Shown here one piece after another: positions 1 through 13,443 of a stretch of DNA of 64,000 nucleotides (the stretch's first letter is position 1; each line of letters opens with the position of its first letter). The notes under the pieces were generated by a model. The model worked only from the letters and a program-made list of their open reading frames with translations. It had not been told where the DNA came from and did not search any database. This stretch comes from Octopus sinensis (taxonomy: Eukaryota), in contig NC_042999.1 in assembly GCF_006345805.1 (NCBI RefSeq), forward strand, positions 4,464,001 to 4,528,000. Reading direction: 5' to 3'. Made by a program: the position numbers and the translations under genes.

Positions 1-351
1 TAACAATGTGTATACAGTGATGTGAATATACTACTCACCATTGCTTTTTGCCTTCAGAGAACAACTTCTCACATCAAACATTGTGTTTTGAAACACCAAG
101 GAAGTGATTTGACTGAAGAGACATAATGAGGTTGGAACAGCACAATGTCTCAAAGTCACTTAACATCAATGAATTGAGTGTGTTGTCAGCACACATTGCT
201 TGAAGGATGTTGCTCTCTGAATGTGAAATACAAAAATGATTAGTCATATTTGCACTCAAATCTACTGAAACATGTTATGAATGGATATACTTATTATTGA
301 CTTTTTGTTAATTGATCCAGCAGTTATTATTCTTCATATTTAGATCACATA

Positions 352-923
<572 letters not shown>

Positions 924-1280
924 ATCAGTACATGCTTTCGATAATGTTGTCATTAAAGATATTGGTAGCTCTAATAATGAGATCTTTTGGATAAATCTTA
1001 TGTCTTCTTATATTGCATTATCTTCCGCATGAAAAACGACAGCTTCCTGCCAGTTTGGGTGTGAGGCATTATTATTGTGCAATGGATCTAAGTACCACCA
1101 CAAGATCAATCCTTGCTGTGGTGTGGTGGTTTATGTGTCACAATGGCAATGAGAGCTGTACTACCAGGATGCAAGCTTCTAGTAAGGCTTTCCATTCTGG
1201 ACAGGTCAAAGGATTGAGACCAATATGAACCACCTCTTGATGGAGATAAAAATAGGTTTGCATAGCAAAAAATAAGTTAA

Positions 1281-1501
1281 CCCTTTAGCATTTAAACAGG
1301 CCATATCCGGCCAAAAGTATTCTGCCTGTTTTATGTTCAAACTGGCCAGATCTGGTCTCTCACACCAACCCTACAATATCGTTTTAAAAATTAACAGCTA
1401 CCTCATCAAAATCTCATAGCTACAAGATAATGCATGATTAGTTCAAAACAATGTGGATGAAGAGGCATTAATTTTGGCAGAATAATGCTAACACTAAAGG
1501 A
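1281..1501. mobile_element. piggyBac-type MITE, 221 bp
   Basis: TTAA on both sides; ends CCCTTTAG...CTAAAGG(A); nearly identical to 38301-38521. Confidence 0.88.
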
Positions 1502-1505
1502 TTAA

Positions 1506-1624
1506 AGAAGCATCAATGACAACTGGAAACCAATAAGAGCTGGGAAAGGAAGGCCTCAAAAGACAGTCCAGAATTGAGAAAAGTCATTGATGGCTTATGC
1601 TCCATAAGGAGTGAAGGAGTTTAA
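1506..1624 (+). mobile_element. Degraded 3' end of an RTE-clade LINE
   Basis: Translates ...SWERKASKDSPELRKVIDGLCSIRSEGV*, resembling RTE C-termini of the W.ELE..AQDR..WR..V.GLCS type (recalled). Confidence 0.5.
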
Positions 1625-1802
1625 GAGAATGAATATAACTGACAAAATTAAATTTTTCCATTCATCAAACATGGCTGAAGGCACTTTAAAACTTAGTCTT
1701 TTGAGGTTAATGTTTTGTGATCCCTGATCACTCCTCACAGTATAAAGTCCAAGATGCTTAATGAGCTCTAAATTAATCCATCTTATTAATGAAAATATCT
1801 AT

Positions 1803-2165
1803 AGGCGCAGGAGTGGCTGTGTGGTAAGTAACTTGTTTACCAACCACATGGTTCCGGGTTCAGTCCCACTGCGTATCACCTTGGGCAAGTGTCTTCTACT
1901 TGTGAGTGGATTTGGTAGACGGAAACTGAAAGAAACCCGTCGTATATATGTATGTGTGAGTGTGTTTGTCCCCCTAGCATTGCTTGACAACCGATGCTGG
2001 TGTGTTTATGTCCCCGTTGCTTAGCGGTTCAGCAAAAGAGACCGATAGAATAAGTACTGGGCTTACAAAAGAATAAGTCCCGGGGTCGAGTTGCTCGATT
2101 AAAGGCGGTGCTCCAGCATGGCTGCAGTCAAATGACTGAAACAAGTAAAAAGAGTAAAAAGAGTA
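1803..2165 (+). mobile_element. SINE family A (internally deleted)
   Basis: AGGCGCAGGAGTGGCTGTGTGG head, CCTTGGGCAAGT core-like motif, AAAAAGAGT tail. Confidence 0.9.
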
Positions 2166-2519
2166 TAGATTTAACCCATCATCCCGTTTAGCACGACCAC
2201 CTGGTCCTTGGAGTTCTTAAGTAGAGTTCAATCTGTTGCAACCATCTGAGCCAGGTCTCTGGTTTGGGAATAACTTCCTCATTTTCTACCTTCAGTCTTA
2301 AAATCCTTGAAAAAGTAAAGGATTGTGAGTGCTGCCCTTCCCTCTCTGACTAATTGGTAGAAAATATTTTAAAAATCTTCAATCTGCAGACTGAATGGAG
2401 AACTTACTAAATAACCATGTTTTTTTATAAAGCATTTTAATGTCATTTTTTTTTCTTTTATCTATAAAGATATTTTGAATTGTTGTTTAGTAGAGATGTC
2501 TAATTTTACTGGAGAAATT

Positions 2520-2901
2520 GTGGAGGCGCAATGGCCCAGTGGTTAGGGCAGCGAACTCACGGTCGTAGGATCGCGGTTTTGATTCCCAGACCGGGCATTG
2601 TGAGTGTTTATTGAGCGAAAACACCTAAAGCTCCACGATGCTCCGGCAGGGATGGTGGTGATCCCTGCTGTACTCTTTCACCACAACTTTCTCTCACTCT
2701 TACTTCCTGTTTCTGTTGTGCCTGTATTTCAAAGGGCCGGCCCTGTCACTCTCTGTGTCACGCTGAATATCCCCGAGAACTGCGTTAAGGGTACACGTGT
2801 CTGTGGAGTGCTCAGCCACTTACACGTTAATTTCACGAGCAGGCTGTTCCATTGATCGGATCAACTGGAACCCTCGTCATCGTAACCGACGGAGTGCTTC
2901 C
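2520..2901 (+). mobile_element. tRNA-derived SINE family B with 12-bp TSD
   Basis: A-box TGGCCCAGTGG, B-box-like GGTTTTGATTCC; TSD ACTGGAGAAATT at 2508-2519 and 2902-2913. Confidence 0.92.
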
Positions 2902-3653
2902 ACTGGAGAAATTAAGAGATGTCATTTTAATCCTACACTAGAATGGTCCATACTTTTGATAATTTGATGAAAATTAATTCCATCCACCAAACATATTTTT
3001 TATTAAATATCATGTGAAAGTCAACAATTATTACATCTAGTTTAAACTGAAGAAGGTTGCCTTCCTTGCCAAAGGATCATTATTTTCATCCTTATCATCA
3101 CTTAATGTCCATGTTCCATGCTGACATGGGTCAGATGGTTTGACAGAATCCAACTGATCTGAGAACTGCAATGGACTTCATTGTCTGCTTTGGTATGATT
3201 TCTATGGCTGGACACCTTTCTTAATTTCAACCACTCTACAGAGAGTATTGAGTACTTTTCCCTGGCACCAGCATTAGTGAGGTCACCATGAAGTTTTCAA
3301 AATTAAGATCCTCCTCAACTGAGGTGAACTACAGTAGAAAAAGGGGCTGCTTCATGCTAGGAGATGGGTGGTGGGTAATATATAAAAGAGAAGGGGACAA
3401 AACAGAACAGGTTTCTTACTGTAAAGGATCTACATGACGACTCACATTACAGAAGAGAGGATGGGAGTGATGAGGGTGAAGCTGGGAAGGTGAAGTCTCA
3501 GGATGGACCCTCAAGGTCTGAGATGAGTAAACATGAGTGAGGATAGGAAAACAGAAAGTGTGGGTGGGCAGAGGTTGCAGGAGTGTAGGTGAGAGTAAGA
3601 GATGGTATGTTTGTGTATCAGGCAAGTCACTGTTCCAGGAAAAGTGTATTTAA

Positions 3654-3849
3654 CCCTTCAGCATTTAAATTACTGTCAAATGTAATGCTTGCTTATTTTC
3701 ACTGTTTTCAATTAACCATGCATTATCTCATAGCTTCGAGATTTCAATGATGTGATTGCTTATTGTAGGATATGTGTGTGAGAATGGATCTATTCAATTT
3801 GAATGTAAAAAAAAGGTAGAATATTTTGGCTGGTTTCAATACTAAGGGG
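3654..3849. mobile_element. piggyBac-type MITE (diverged)
   Basis: TTAA|CCCTTCAG ... CTAAGGGG|TTAA. Confidence 0.7.
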
Positions 3850-3928
3850 TTAAACCATTAAGCATACAAAATCCATGATAAACCTAAGTACAGCTGACCT
3901 GTTAGAAATGGCACTTGTAGAGAGTAGG

Positions 3929-4293
3929 CATCATCATCATCATCGTTTAACGTCCGTTCTCCATGCTAGCATGGGTTGGACGGTTCGACCGGGGATCTGG
4001 GAAGCCAGAAGGCTGCACCAGGCTCCAGTCTTATCTGGCAATGTTTCTACAGCTGGATGCCCTTCCTAATGCCAACCACTCCGTGAGTGTAGTGGATGCT
4101 TTTTATGTGCCACCCGCGCAGGTGCCAGGCAAGGCTGGCAATGGCCACGGTCGGATTGGTGCATTTTACGTGCCACCGGCACGGAAGCCAGTCGAGGCGG
4201 CACTGGCTTCAGACACGATTCGGATGGTGCTTTTTACGTGCCACCGGCATGGAAGCCAGTTGAGGCGGCGCTGGCATCGGCCACGATTCGGAT
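3929..4293 (-). mobile_element. (ATG)n-tailed non-autonomous retroposon family D with internal tandem subrepeats
   Basis: (CAT)n-CGTTTAACGTCC...GGATGCCCTTCC, with repeated TTTTACGTGCCACCGGCAC units; many copies in the window. Confidence 0.85.
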
Positions 4294-4415
4294 TATGTAT
4301 AATAGCAAAAATAGTTTGTAATGAATAATGATTTGGGTCAGATTAGGTTCCATCAAAAGTGTTTTAACAAACATCAAGCCAGGTCTCAACTCATTCCTTA
4401 ATAATATATACAGAT

Positions 4416-4823
4416 AGGCGCAGGAGTGGCTGTGTGGTAAGTAGCTTGCTAACCAACCACATGGTTCCGGGTTCAGTCCCACTGCGTGGCATCTTGGGCA
4501 AGTGTCTTCTGCTATAGCCCCGGGCCGACCAATGCCTTGTGAGTGGATTTAGTAGACAGAAACTGAAAGAAGCCTGTCGTATATTTGTATATATATGTGT
4601 ATGTGTGTGTGTTTGTGTGTGTGTATTTGTCCCCCTAGCATTGCTTGACATCCAATGCTGGTGTGTTTACGTCCCCATCAATTAGCGGTTTGGCAAAAGA
4701 GACCGATAGAATAAGTACTGGGCTTAAAAAGAATAAGTCCCGGGGTCGATTTGCTCAACTAAAGGCGGTGCTCCAGCATGGCCGCAGTCAAATGACTGAA
4801 ACAAGTAAAAGAGTAAAAGAGTA
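4416..4823 (+). mobile_element. SINE family A, full length
   Basis: Complete head, internal (TA/TG)n and TAAAAGAG tail; near-identical to 59369-59780. Confidence 0.92.
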
Positions 4824-4917
4824 TATTTCTCTATGACGCTAGTTATGTGTTAATTAAGTTACAGCTAACACACCAACTGTTTTATCATTTCTGATGACTG
4901 TCCATACCTTATTTCAG

Positions 4918-4991
4918 GTAGGTCTATTTCTGGGAAATACCTTTGAACCAATCGTAATGGAAGACCTCTGGAACAGACGGGTATACAACAA
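4918..4991 (+). CDS. CACNA2D3: alpha2/delta Ca-channel subunit, internal exon A (VGLFLGNTFEPIVMEDLWNRRVYN)
   Basis: Acceptor ttatttcag| and donor |gtaagt; 74 nt, phase 0 to 2. Aligns by eye with vertebrate CACNA2D3 TGDFFGEIEGAVMNKL (recalled). The symbol means alpha2delta-3/4-like; orthology is not proven. Confidence 0.88.
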
Positions 4992-5250
4992 GTAAGTAAT
5001 GTTCAAATATCAATGTTCTTTTCACATGGGACATTGCAGTTTCATATTAGTCTTTGATTTATGAAATAATTTAGCATAGTTATAAATAAAATAAACAAAG
5101 CATTTCAAAAAAATGGAAATGAAAAAATTTCTAAATAAGCCAAATTATTAATTTCTAAAACAAAGATTATAACAGTTAGGAAAAAATGCAGCAATGACCC
5201 CAAAAAGGTATGTCCTCAAATACCTTACACACCTTGTATATATATATATA

Positions 5251-5458
5251 TAGTTAATCCAAACATGAAAACACAAAGAGAAAACACAACAACACAAGGA
5301 CGTGGAACAAGTATAGTGTTATTGGATTTTCAGGAAAGGAAAGAAAGAAGGAGGATTTAACGTTGTTTCAAGTGGAGCTCTTCATCAGAAACATAAAAAA
5401 CGGTAAGGTCCAAGGAAGGGAAGACGGAGAAAGAAAATCACCAATGATACACACGCAA
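5251..5458 (-). mobile_element. Penelope-like pLTR remnant with minimal hammerhead motif (5356-5391)
   Basis: Minus strand reads TTT-CTGATGA-AGAGCTCCACTT-GAAA-CAACG-TT-AAA; abuts (TA)n. Confidence 0.6.
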
Positions 5459-6062
5459 GAGAGAGAGTTAGAGTTAGAGTTAGAGAGAAAAATATATAGA
5501 TATGTATATGAAATGCTATAATAAATTGAAATTTCATTTGAATGATATTTTTTGTGAATAATTCAATAAAAAGTAAAATGCAAATTTGAATTTTAATAAA
5601 AGAGAAAAAGAAAACTGAAAAAAAAAACAAAAAACAAACACAAATCTGAAATGAAAATTAAAAGAAACAGAATAAATTTAATTTCAATTTACAAATTTAT
5701 TCAAACCCTAATTATACTGTGCAAAATTCTGTAATTTGTAATTCTATGGTTTGACAATTAGAGTTTTGTTGAGACTATGAGTAATGGTTTAGCAGTTTAT
5801 TCACCTGTCTTCAAGTATGATAATATTTCCCCATGACTTAATATGTTTTCACAAACAGAAAATAGAGGATACCAGAAACACACATATCATGAGCACACAT
5901 GTGTACACACACACATATGACAAGTTTCTTTCAGTTTCCATCTACTTAATTCATTCGCAAGGCTTTTGTCAGCCCAGAGCTATCATACAGGACACTAAAC
6001 CAAGATGCCATGCATATGAATTATTCTGACCACCATTTTCTTAGACACTATATCTACGATTA

Positions 6063-6222
6063 CATCATCATCATCATCATCATCATCGTTTAACATCCGC
6101 TTTCCATGCTAGCATGGGTTGGACAATTTGACTGAGGGCTGGTGAACCAGATGGCTGCACCAGACTCCAATCTGATCTGGCAGAGTTTCTACAGCTGGAT
6201 GCCCTTCATATGTATGTATGTA

Positions 6223-6297
<75 letters not shown>

Positions 6298-6695
6298 ACA
6301 CTGCCAGATCTGACTGGGCCTGACGAAGCCTTCCAGCTTCACAGACCCCAGTTGACCCGTCCAACCCATGCTAGCATGGAAAGCGGACGCTAAATGATGA
6401 TGATGATGATGATGATAGCATGGGTTGGACGATTTGACTGAGGGCTGGTGAACCAGATGGCTGCACCAGGCTCCAATCTTGATCTGGCAGAGTTTCTACA
6501 GCTGGATGCCCTTCCTAACGCCAACCACTTGGAGAATATAGTGGGTGCTTTAACGTGCCACCTGCACGGGGCCAGTCAGGCGGTACTGGCAACGACCTCG
6601 CTTGAATCTTTTACACATGCCACCTGCACAGGTGCCAGTAAGGCGATGCTGGTAACAATCATGCTCGAATGGTGTCTTTTACGTGCCACCAGCAC
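6063..6695. mobile_element. Cluster of three family D fragments (minus 6063-6207, plus 6293-6416, minus 6416-6695) around a (TA)n tract
   Basis: CCATGCTAGCATGG, GGATGCCCTTC and (CAT)n motifs appear in alternating orientation. Confidence 0.85.
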
Positions 6696-6853
6696 GCTAT
6701 ACATTATGCAAAATAAGTTTCCTTTTCTGTAATAATTTGTGATATGTGAGAGTTTTAACTGCTATTTCTAGCAGAAGACTGAACAACCCTCCTTCTGTAT
6801 ATACATGCAGTGTTTATGACATGACTTATTTTAACTACTATTTTCTTTCACAG

Positions 6854-6932
6854 TTTTACCATCACGGACTATCAAGCTGAATGCCATCCAAAGAATTCTA
6901 ACGGCCCCAACTCTGCTGAAGCATTAATAAAC
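6854..6932 (+). CDS. CACNA2D3: alpha2/delta exon B (NFTITDYQAECHPKNSNGPNSAEALIN)
   Basis: Acceptor ttttctttcacag| and donor |gtgagt; 79 nt, phase 2 to 0. Contains the alpha2delta DYQAxC motif. Confidence 0.93.
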
Positions 6933-7157
6933 GTGAGTTTTTTCTTAAGTCTTGCATGTTTTTCATTTATAACAAGAGCAAAAGAGTGCACAACCGAGGT
7001 TTTGCAGTACTGAATACCAATTAACAGATCAATGGTAGGGTACTAAATACCACTTAAGATATAACTGAACCATTTTTTGTCACCACTGAAGCATCATGGT
7101 CTGTGGTCATCTTCAAGTCACTTAACTCACAACTGTTTCTGTTTAGCTTGAAATAAA

Positions 7158-7546
7158 TACTCTTTTACTTGTTTCAGTCATTTGACTGTGACCATGGTGG
7201 AGCACCACCTTTAGTCGAGCAAATCGACCCCAAGACTTATTCTTTGTAAGCCCAGTACTTATTCTATCGGTCTTTTTGCTGAACCGCTAAGTGACGGGGA
7301 CGTAAACACACCAGCATCGGTTGTCAAGCAATGCTAGGGGTACAAACACAGACACACAAACATACACACACATACATATATACAACGGGCTTCTTTCAGT
7401 TTCCATCTACCAAATCCTCTCACAAGGCTTTGGTTGGCCCGAGGCTATAGTAGAAGACACTTGCCCAAGGTGCCATGCAGTGGGACTGAACCTGGAACCA
7501 TGTGGCTGGTAAGCAAGCTACTTATCACACAGTCACTCCTGCACCT
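7158..7546 (-). mobile_element. SINE family A, full length
   Basis: Reverse complement of 4416-4823. Confidence 0.92.
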
Positions 7547-8769
7547 ATAAATACCCTAGAATTTTTTAATTCATGGCTGCAAATAGAGTAGTCTTGTAAA
7601 TTTTACAAATGCTCTGTTAACTTGCAGAGCTGATTTGAATATCCTTGCAAGATCGGGAGAAGGTAATTGGAAACTGCTTTGGTGTAATTCTTCCTTTGAA
7701 TTGCATTGTGTCCCAGCCACTGGGTTAGGCTTTTTATTTATCAACCCTGAAAGGATGAAAAGCAAAATAGATCTTGATGGAATCTGAACTCAAGATACAG
7801 AGTATCAGAACAAATATCACAACACATTCTAACTGATGCAGTATCAATTATTGTTGGTGGAGTACTTTAACCGAAACTGTACCATCAGCAAAATAACAGT
7901 GCAACAGTTTTAATTTAGTCTCAGTGGGAACCAACTATGCTGCTATAATTTCATCTAAGCTTTAATAACAGAAAGGACAACTGCTACAAAAATAGTCTCT
8001 GCAGTTTCTGCTATTCAAATAATAATAAAGATTTACATGTTAAACAAACACTCTGTTGGATAGTATTGGTGGGTCTCATACAGAGAATATTGATATAGCT
8101 AGCTGTGTTATTGGAAATCTAATCCACACACACATACACGCACACGGAGTTATCTTGATAAAATAGTGTAGGGAGGATTATCTTTCTAGAAATGAAGGAA
8201 AAAATAACAGAAGAGAATTTGGAATTGGTTTTGTAATTTGATCCAGATTGATGTCTGTCTTTTCCTCCCAACTTCAACTTCCAATTGATGACCGGTGATA
8301 GTGGTTTTGGCTTTGCTTATTGGTGTCTGTTGCGATGTGTAATTAAGTTGTAAGCAAAGTAACTATCAATCATGTAATCTGCTCTAATTTGCTACAATCC
8401 TCAAAGATAATTGGACTCTTATGGTTTTGTCAGTTTTTGGTAATTATAGGGAATCGAGGATTCATTCTAAATGAATATATTGGTAAATATTAGTAAATCT
8501 ATAAATGTTGTAGTAAGGAATTATAATTCTTTGAATTGCATTGAATTTGCTTTCTTTAAGAATAATGTAAGTCACATCATGTCATGAGTCAAGGACCTGT
8601 CTTTTATCTCGCTCAAATGAGAGAGAAAAGATATTTTCAATGAGCTGCTATTCAATTGAGTTGAATGTATTGTCATTGTGTATACAAACACAATGTATAC
8701 TGCAACCAAAGCTTTCAGTAATGACAATTAATGTGGATGCATATAGTGTGTGTGTCTCCCTCCTTCTCA

Positions 8770-8836
<67 letters not shown>

Positions 8837-8896
8837 GTGTTTGTGTATATTTATATATGTATGTATTCATACTTTATATATATATATATATATATA

Positions 8897-9670
8897 CATA
8901 CATACATTTACATATAGATAGCTATATATATATACATATGCTCATATATATATGCCCACACACATACATACATAGAAATACATATTTTAATATACACACA
9001 CGTGTGTGTGTGTGTGTAAATGTCAAATGACACATAGAATACAATAGTTTTAGTAATAATGCAATTATTACGAAATAACATAATTACATTTGAAAAATTT
9101 CTTGATTAAATGGAAATCATAATTCATAGTAAACCCAAACCAAACTGTATAAAAGATTCAATAAACACACACAAAAAAAAAACAGCAACTAAGAGAATGT
9201 AAAGTTTTCAGGAAGCTTTCAAATAAAAGAAATTAATGAATGCATAAGTTTGTGAATTTCAGAACAGGCTTTATGACAACTATTAAGAGATCAAGGGAAG
9301 AAAGTGAACACGTTTCTAAATAGAAAACTACTAGACTAACATTTATTATGAAAGGAAGAAGAAGAAGAAGAAAACTGTTAATTTTATATAAAGTATAGAA
9401 ATAAATGCTGCTGTTGTCTTGTAGCAACAGATACATAATGACTTGGGGCAGACAATGTTAAATGATTCAAATATTTTAAAGCAGTGAATTGGTTGAGAAA
9501 ATGTCAGCAGTATTTAGTCATGGTCCTTTATGTTCTGTGTTCAAATCTGACTGGAGGGGGGGATCAATAAAATAATGTAAAAGTGAAATACTGGAGTGAT
9601 TCCTGTAATGTGTCCAAGATATAGATGGAACCATAATGAAACTCTTTCTCTCTTTCTCTCTCTCTCTCTC

Positions 9671-9712
<42 letters not shown>

Positions 9713-10477
9713 TATATATATATACATACATACATTTACATATAGATAGCTATATATATATACATATGCTCATATATATATGCCCACACACATACATACA
9801 TAGAAATACATATTTTAATATACACACACGTGTGTGTGTGTGTGTGTGTAAATGTCAAATGACACATAGAATACAATAGTTTTAGTAATAATGCAATTAT
9901 TACGAAATAACATAATTACATTTGAAAAATTTCTTGATTAAATGGAAATCATAATTCATAGTAAACCCAAACCAAACTGTATAAAAGATTCAATAAACAC
10001 ACACAAAAAAAAAACAGCAACTAAGAGAATGTGAAGTTTTCAGGAAGCTTTCAAATAAAAGAAATTAATGAATGCATAAGTTTGTGAATTTCAGAACAGG
10101 CTTTATGACAACTATTAAGAGATCAAGGGAAGAAAGTGAACACGTTTCTAATAGAAAACTACTAGACTAACATTTATATGAAAGGAAGAAGAAGAAGAAG
10201 AAGAAAACTGTTAATTTTATATAAAGTATAGAAATAAATGCTGCTGTTGTCTTGTAGCAACAGATACATAATGACTTGGGGCAGACAATGTTAAATGATT
10301 CAAATATTTTAAAGCAGTGAATTGGTTGAGAAAATGTCAGCAGTATTTAGTCATGGTCCTTTATGTTCTGTGTTCAAATCTGACTGGAGGGGGGGATCAA
10401 TAAAATAATGTAAAAGTGAAATACTGGAGTGATTCCTGTAATGTGTCCAAGATATAGATGGAACCATAATGAAACTC

Positions 10478-10541
<64 letters not shown>
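8897..10541. repeat. Tandem duplication of unique intronic sequence, period 828 bp
   Basis: catacatacatttacatatagatagc starts at 8897 and 9725; the units are colinear with only a few differences and both end in (CT)n(TA)n. Confidence 0.95.
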
Positions 10542-10542
<1 letters not shown>

Positions 10543-10545
<3 letters not shown>

Positions 10546-10880
10546 AAGGCGCATGGCTCAGTGGTTAGAGCGTCGAGCTTACGATCGTGAGGTTGTGAGC
10601 TCGAATCCCGGACCGGGCTGCATGTTGTGTTCTTGAGCAAGGCACTTTATTTCCTGTTGCTCCAGTTCACTCAGCTGTAGAAATGAGTTGCGTCGTCACT
10701 GGTGCCAAGCTGTATCGACCTTGTCTTTCCCTTGGATAACACTGGTGGCGTGGAGAGGGGAGGCTGGTATGTATGGGCGACTGCTGGTCTTCCATAAACC
10801 ACCTCGCCCGGACTTGTATCTAGGAGGGTAACTTTCTAGGTGCAATCCCATGGTCTGTGTCGTGACTGAAGGGGGTCTCC
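10543..10880 (+). mobile_element. tRNA-derived SINE family C
   Basis: A-box TGGCTCAGTGG, B-box GCTCGAATCC, CTTGAGCAAG core-like motif. Degraded relatives near 15255, 23478, 39880 and 49580. Confidence 0.88.
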
Positions 10881-13443
10881 GATATATATCTATATATATC
10901 AATGAAATTGTTATTGATATTATCCAACAGAATGAGTTGTAGCTTAACTTGTTATAAACCAGAGCTAAATCCCCTTTGACTTATACCTTACCATCTGCCT
11001 GTACCTGAAAAATAAGATGATATGGTCATGACTGGAATGTCTTTGCATATAGGTTTGTTCAATCAAGACTGACCTTTGATTAAATAACAACAGCAGCAAC
11101 AACAATTAATTGAACATTTTCAGTAACACCATTGAAGGTATTAGAATATTGGCTTCAAAATTTTGGCACAAGGCCAGCAATTTCTTAGGAGGGGATAAGT
11201 CAATTACATCAACCCCAGTGCTCAACTGGTACTTATTTCATCGACCCTGAAAGGGATGAAAGGCAAAGTCGACCTCAGCAGAATTGGAACTCAGAACATA
11301 AAGATAGACAAAATACCACAAATCATTTTGCCCAGCATGCTAACAATTCAGCCAGCTTGCTACCTTGATGTATTAAAATATTGAGTTGGATGAAGGATTG
11401 GTTAAGGTTCCAGAACATTTTTGGTTTAAGGTCATAAAGACTTTGATGCATTGTTTTGTGTAATTTTCACTGACCACTATAGATAAAATACAAGGTAAAA
11501 CAAGTGGATACCATAGAACAGATGAATCCTTGACTCATCACATGATAAGGATATTAATTTCATTTCATTTAATTTAAATCATTCAAATCCTAGCTATGTT
11601 CTGCTTTGCTTTTCAGTTTCCCTATGTCAATAATATTAAGAAGTGTTGAGTTCAAATTCCACAGGTTGTGCACTAGGGTTGATGTAATCGACCAACCCCC
11701 AGCCCCAAAATTTCCAGCTTTGTGCCTATAATAGAAAGGAATATTAAGTACCAGTCATATACTCAGGTCAATGTCAGTAACTGACACTTATTTTCCCCAT
11801 TAATTTCTGTCCTTGTGCCTTTATAAGAAATCAATTATATATAATTAGATGTTACATTTTTTATGAGATTAATTATTTTGACTCTTTCTAACAAGTAAGT
11901 TATTTCCCAGAACAATTTCAGAAAGGAACACCCACCCCTATCATTCTCAGTTGACAGTCTAACCGGAAATATGTCTTATTACTTATAAACATTACTGAAA
12001 ACCCTTATTTACAACAATAAATGAATGAAAACAGTAAAGGAAACACAAATTGCATTTGGTTGTGATTACTTCAAAATTCCAGTGCCTTTGCTAACCTCAT
12101 ATACCCTCATATTATCTCTTACATACCTCTAAGGGAATAAGTGTACCCAGGGTTAAGAAACCCTGTCCCTGCTGTATAAAAATTAAATTGAAGATTGTTA
12201 AAATTTGAAATTCAAAGAAAAAAATATCCAATCAGATATTATATATTATCTAGTTAAGCTTAAAATATTTTTTCAACCAAAATATCCTTGCAGAAAAAAT
12301 ATAGATATCAAATTTAATTTATCGTGAAATATTCTGAAAATATTCCCAAGTTCTGGGAAATTTTCAGCTTGAAAATGTTTATATGATAAGCAGTATACAT
12401 TGGTAAACGGGAACTCTACCGTAAATGATACTATTTTTTTTATTTCCTTTCATGTGCAAATATACATCCAATTCAATTTATTGAATGTATGTGTATATAT
12501 ATATATATAAATATATATATATAGCATATTCATGTGTGAAAGTGTGTGTGTGAGAGAGAATGAGAGGTGATGCAGGAGGAGGAAAAGAGAGATGCACACG
12601 CATAGACAGTATTCTATGCATGCTTTTAGTTAGTGCTCCAATGAAGAAACCAGATGAATTAATCCTGACAGATGGATTTGGCTGAAAATTCTCATGCCAA
12701 ACATCATCAAAAACTCTGTTGGATGTCAGAAGTTCTAACATGTAGAAGTGAATCTGAATTTTTTGGAAACTCAATGGTTGCTATGCAACCAGCAAGGTTG
12801 GAGTTAGAACTAAGAAACACAGAATGAATGGGAAATGTCATAAAAACAGTGAAATAGCCATAATAAAGACACAGCTTTTAGGAGTGAGGGGTTTGATGGT
12901 CAAGTAAAATTTTGGATATCATCATCATCATCATCATTGTTTTAACGTCCACTTTTCCTTACTTGCATGGGTCAGACAGAATTTCTTGTGGCAAATTTCT
13001 ATGGCTGTATGCCCTTGCAGGCAATCTCATTTGAATCAGTGACATCATGTTTCAATGGGAGTCATCTATAATTATCTCCCCTGTTGCATTGCTAGCAACT
13101 AGGTGGTGCTCGTTACCTAGCTATAAAAGACATACATGGACAGGTAACATTCTCTTTTTCTTGCATACTGCCTGTGACTAGCTATGGTTCCCCATCCTTG
13201 TACCTGCTATGAGACAACTTCTTGTTGATTGAATTTTTTTCAATCCCCTTCACTAGTCATGGAATATGGCAAGACAAACGTTCCCTTATTCAAATGCCAT
13301 TCTGTTCTATTGAATAATAATGTACACACTGTGTAAATGCTCTCATCCCATATCAGGATAAATTCCTCATGTACATGAAGTCTTCACAATCTCACCGGAT
13401 TGATTCTAACAGCTATCAAAGAATGCCTGAACATTATATTAAA

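Noticed and set aside
58-260. Possible upstream alpha2delta exon after ccttcag
   Set aside because: All three frames hit stops before a good donor and show no CYLLD-type motif; upstream exons probably lie outside the window.
2520-2600. tRNA-like sequences (also near 10543, 14680 and 24311)
   Set aside because: They are SINE heads that continue into SINE bodies, two with TSDs, so they are not tRNA genes.
4090-4293. Spaced direct repeats resembling a CRISPR array
   Set aside because: Eukaryotic context, the spacers are mutually similar, there are no cas genes, and they are internal subrepeats of a retroposon.
3963-4328. 121-aa ORF and similar ORFs at 6448, 32458 and 40459
   Set aside because: They lie inside repeated non-coding retroposon family D.
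8296-8368. Imperfect hairpin (GCTTTGCTTA/TAAGCAAAGT) as a pre-miRNA
   Set aside because: Large bulge and loop and no recognisable mature miRNA; compatible with chance.
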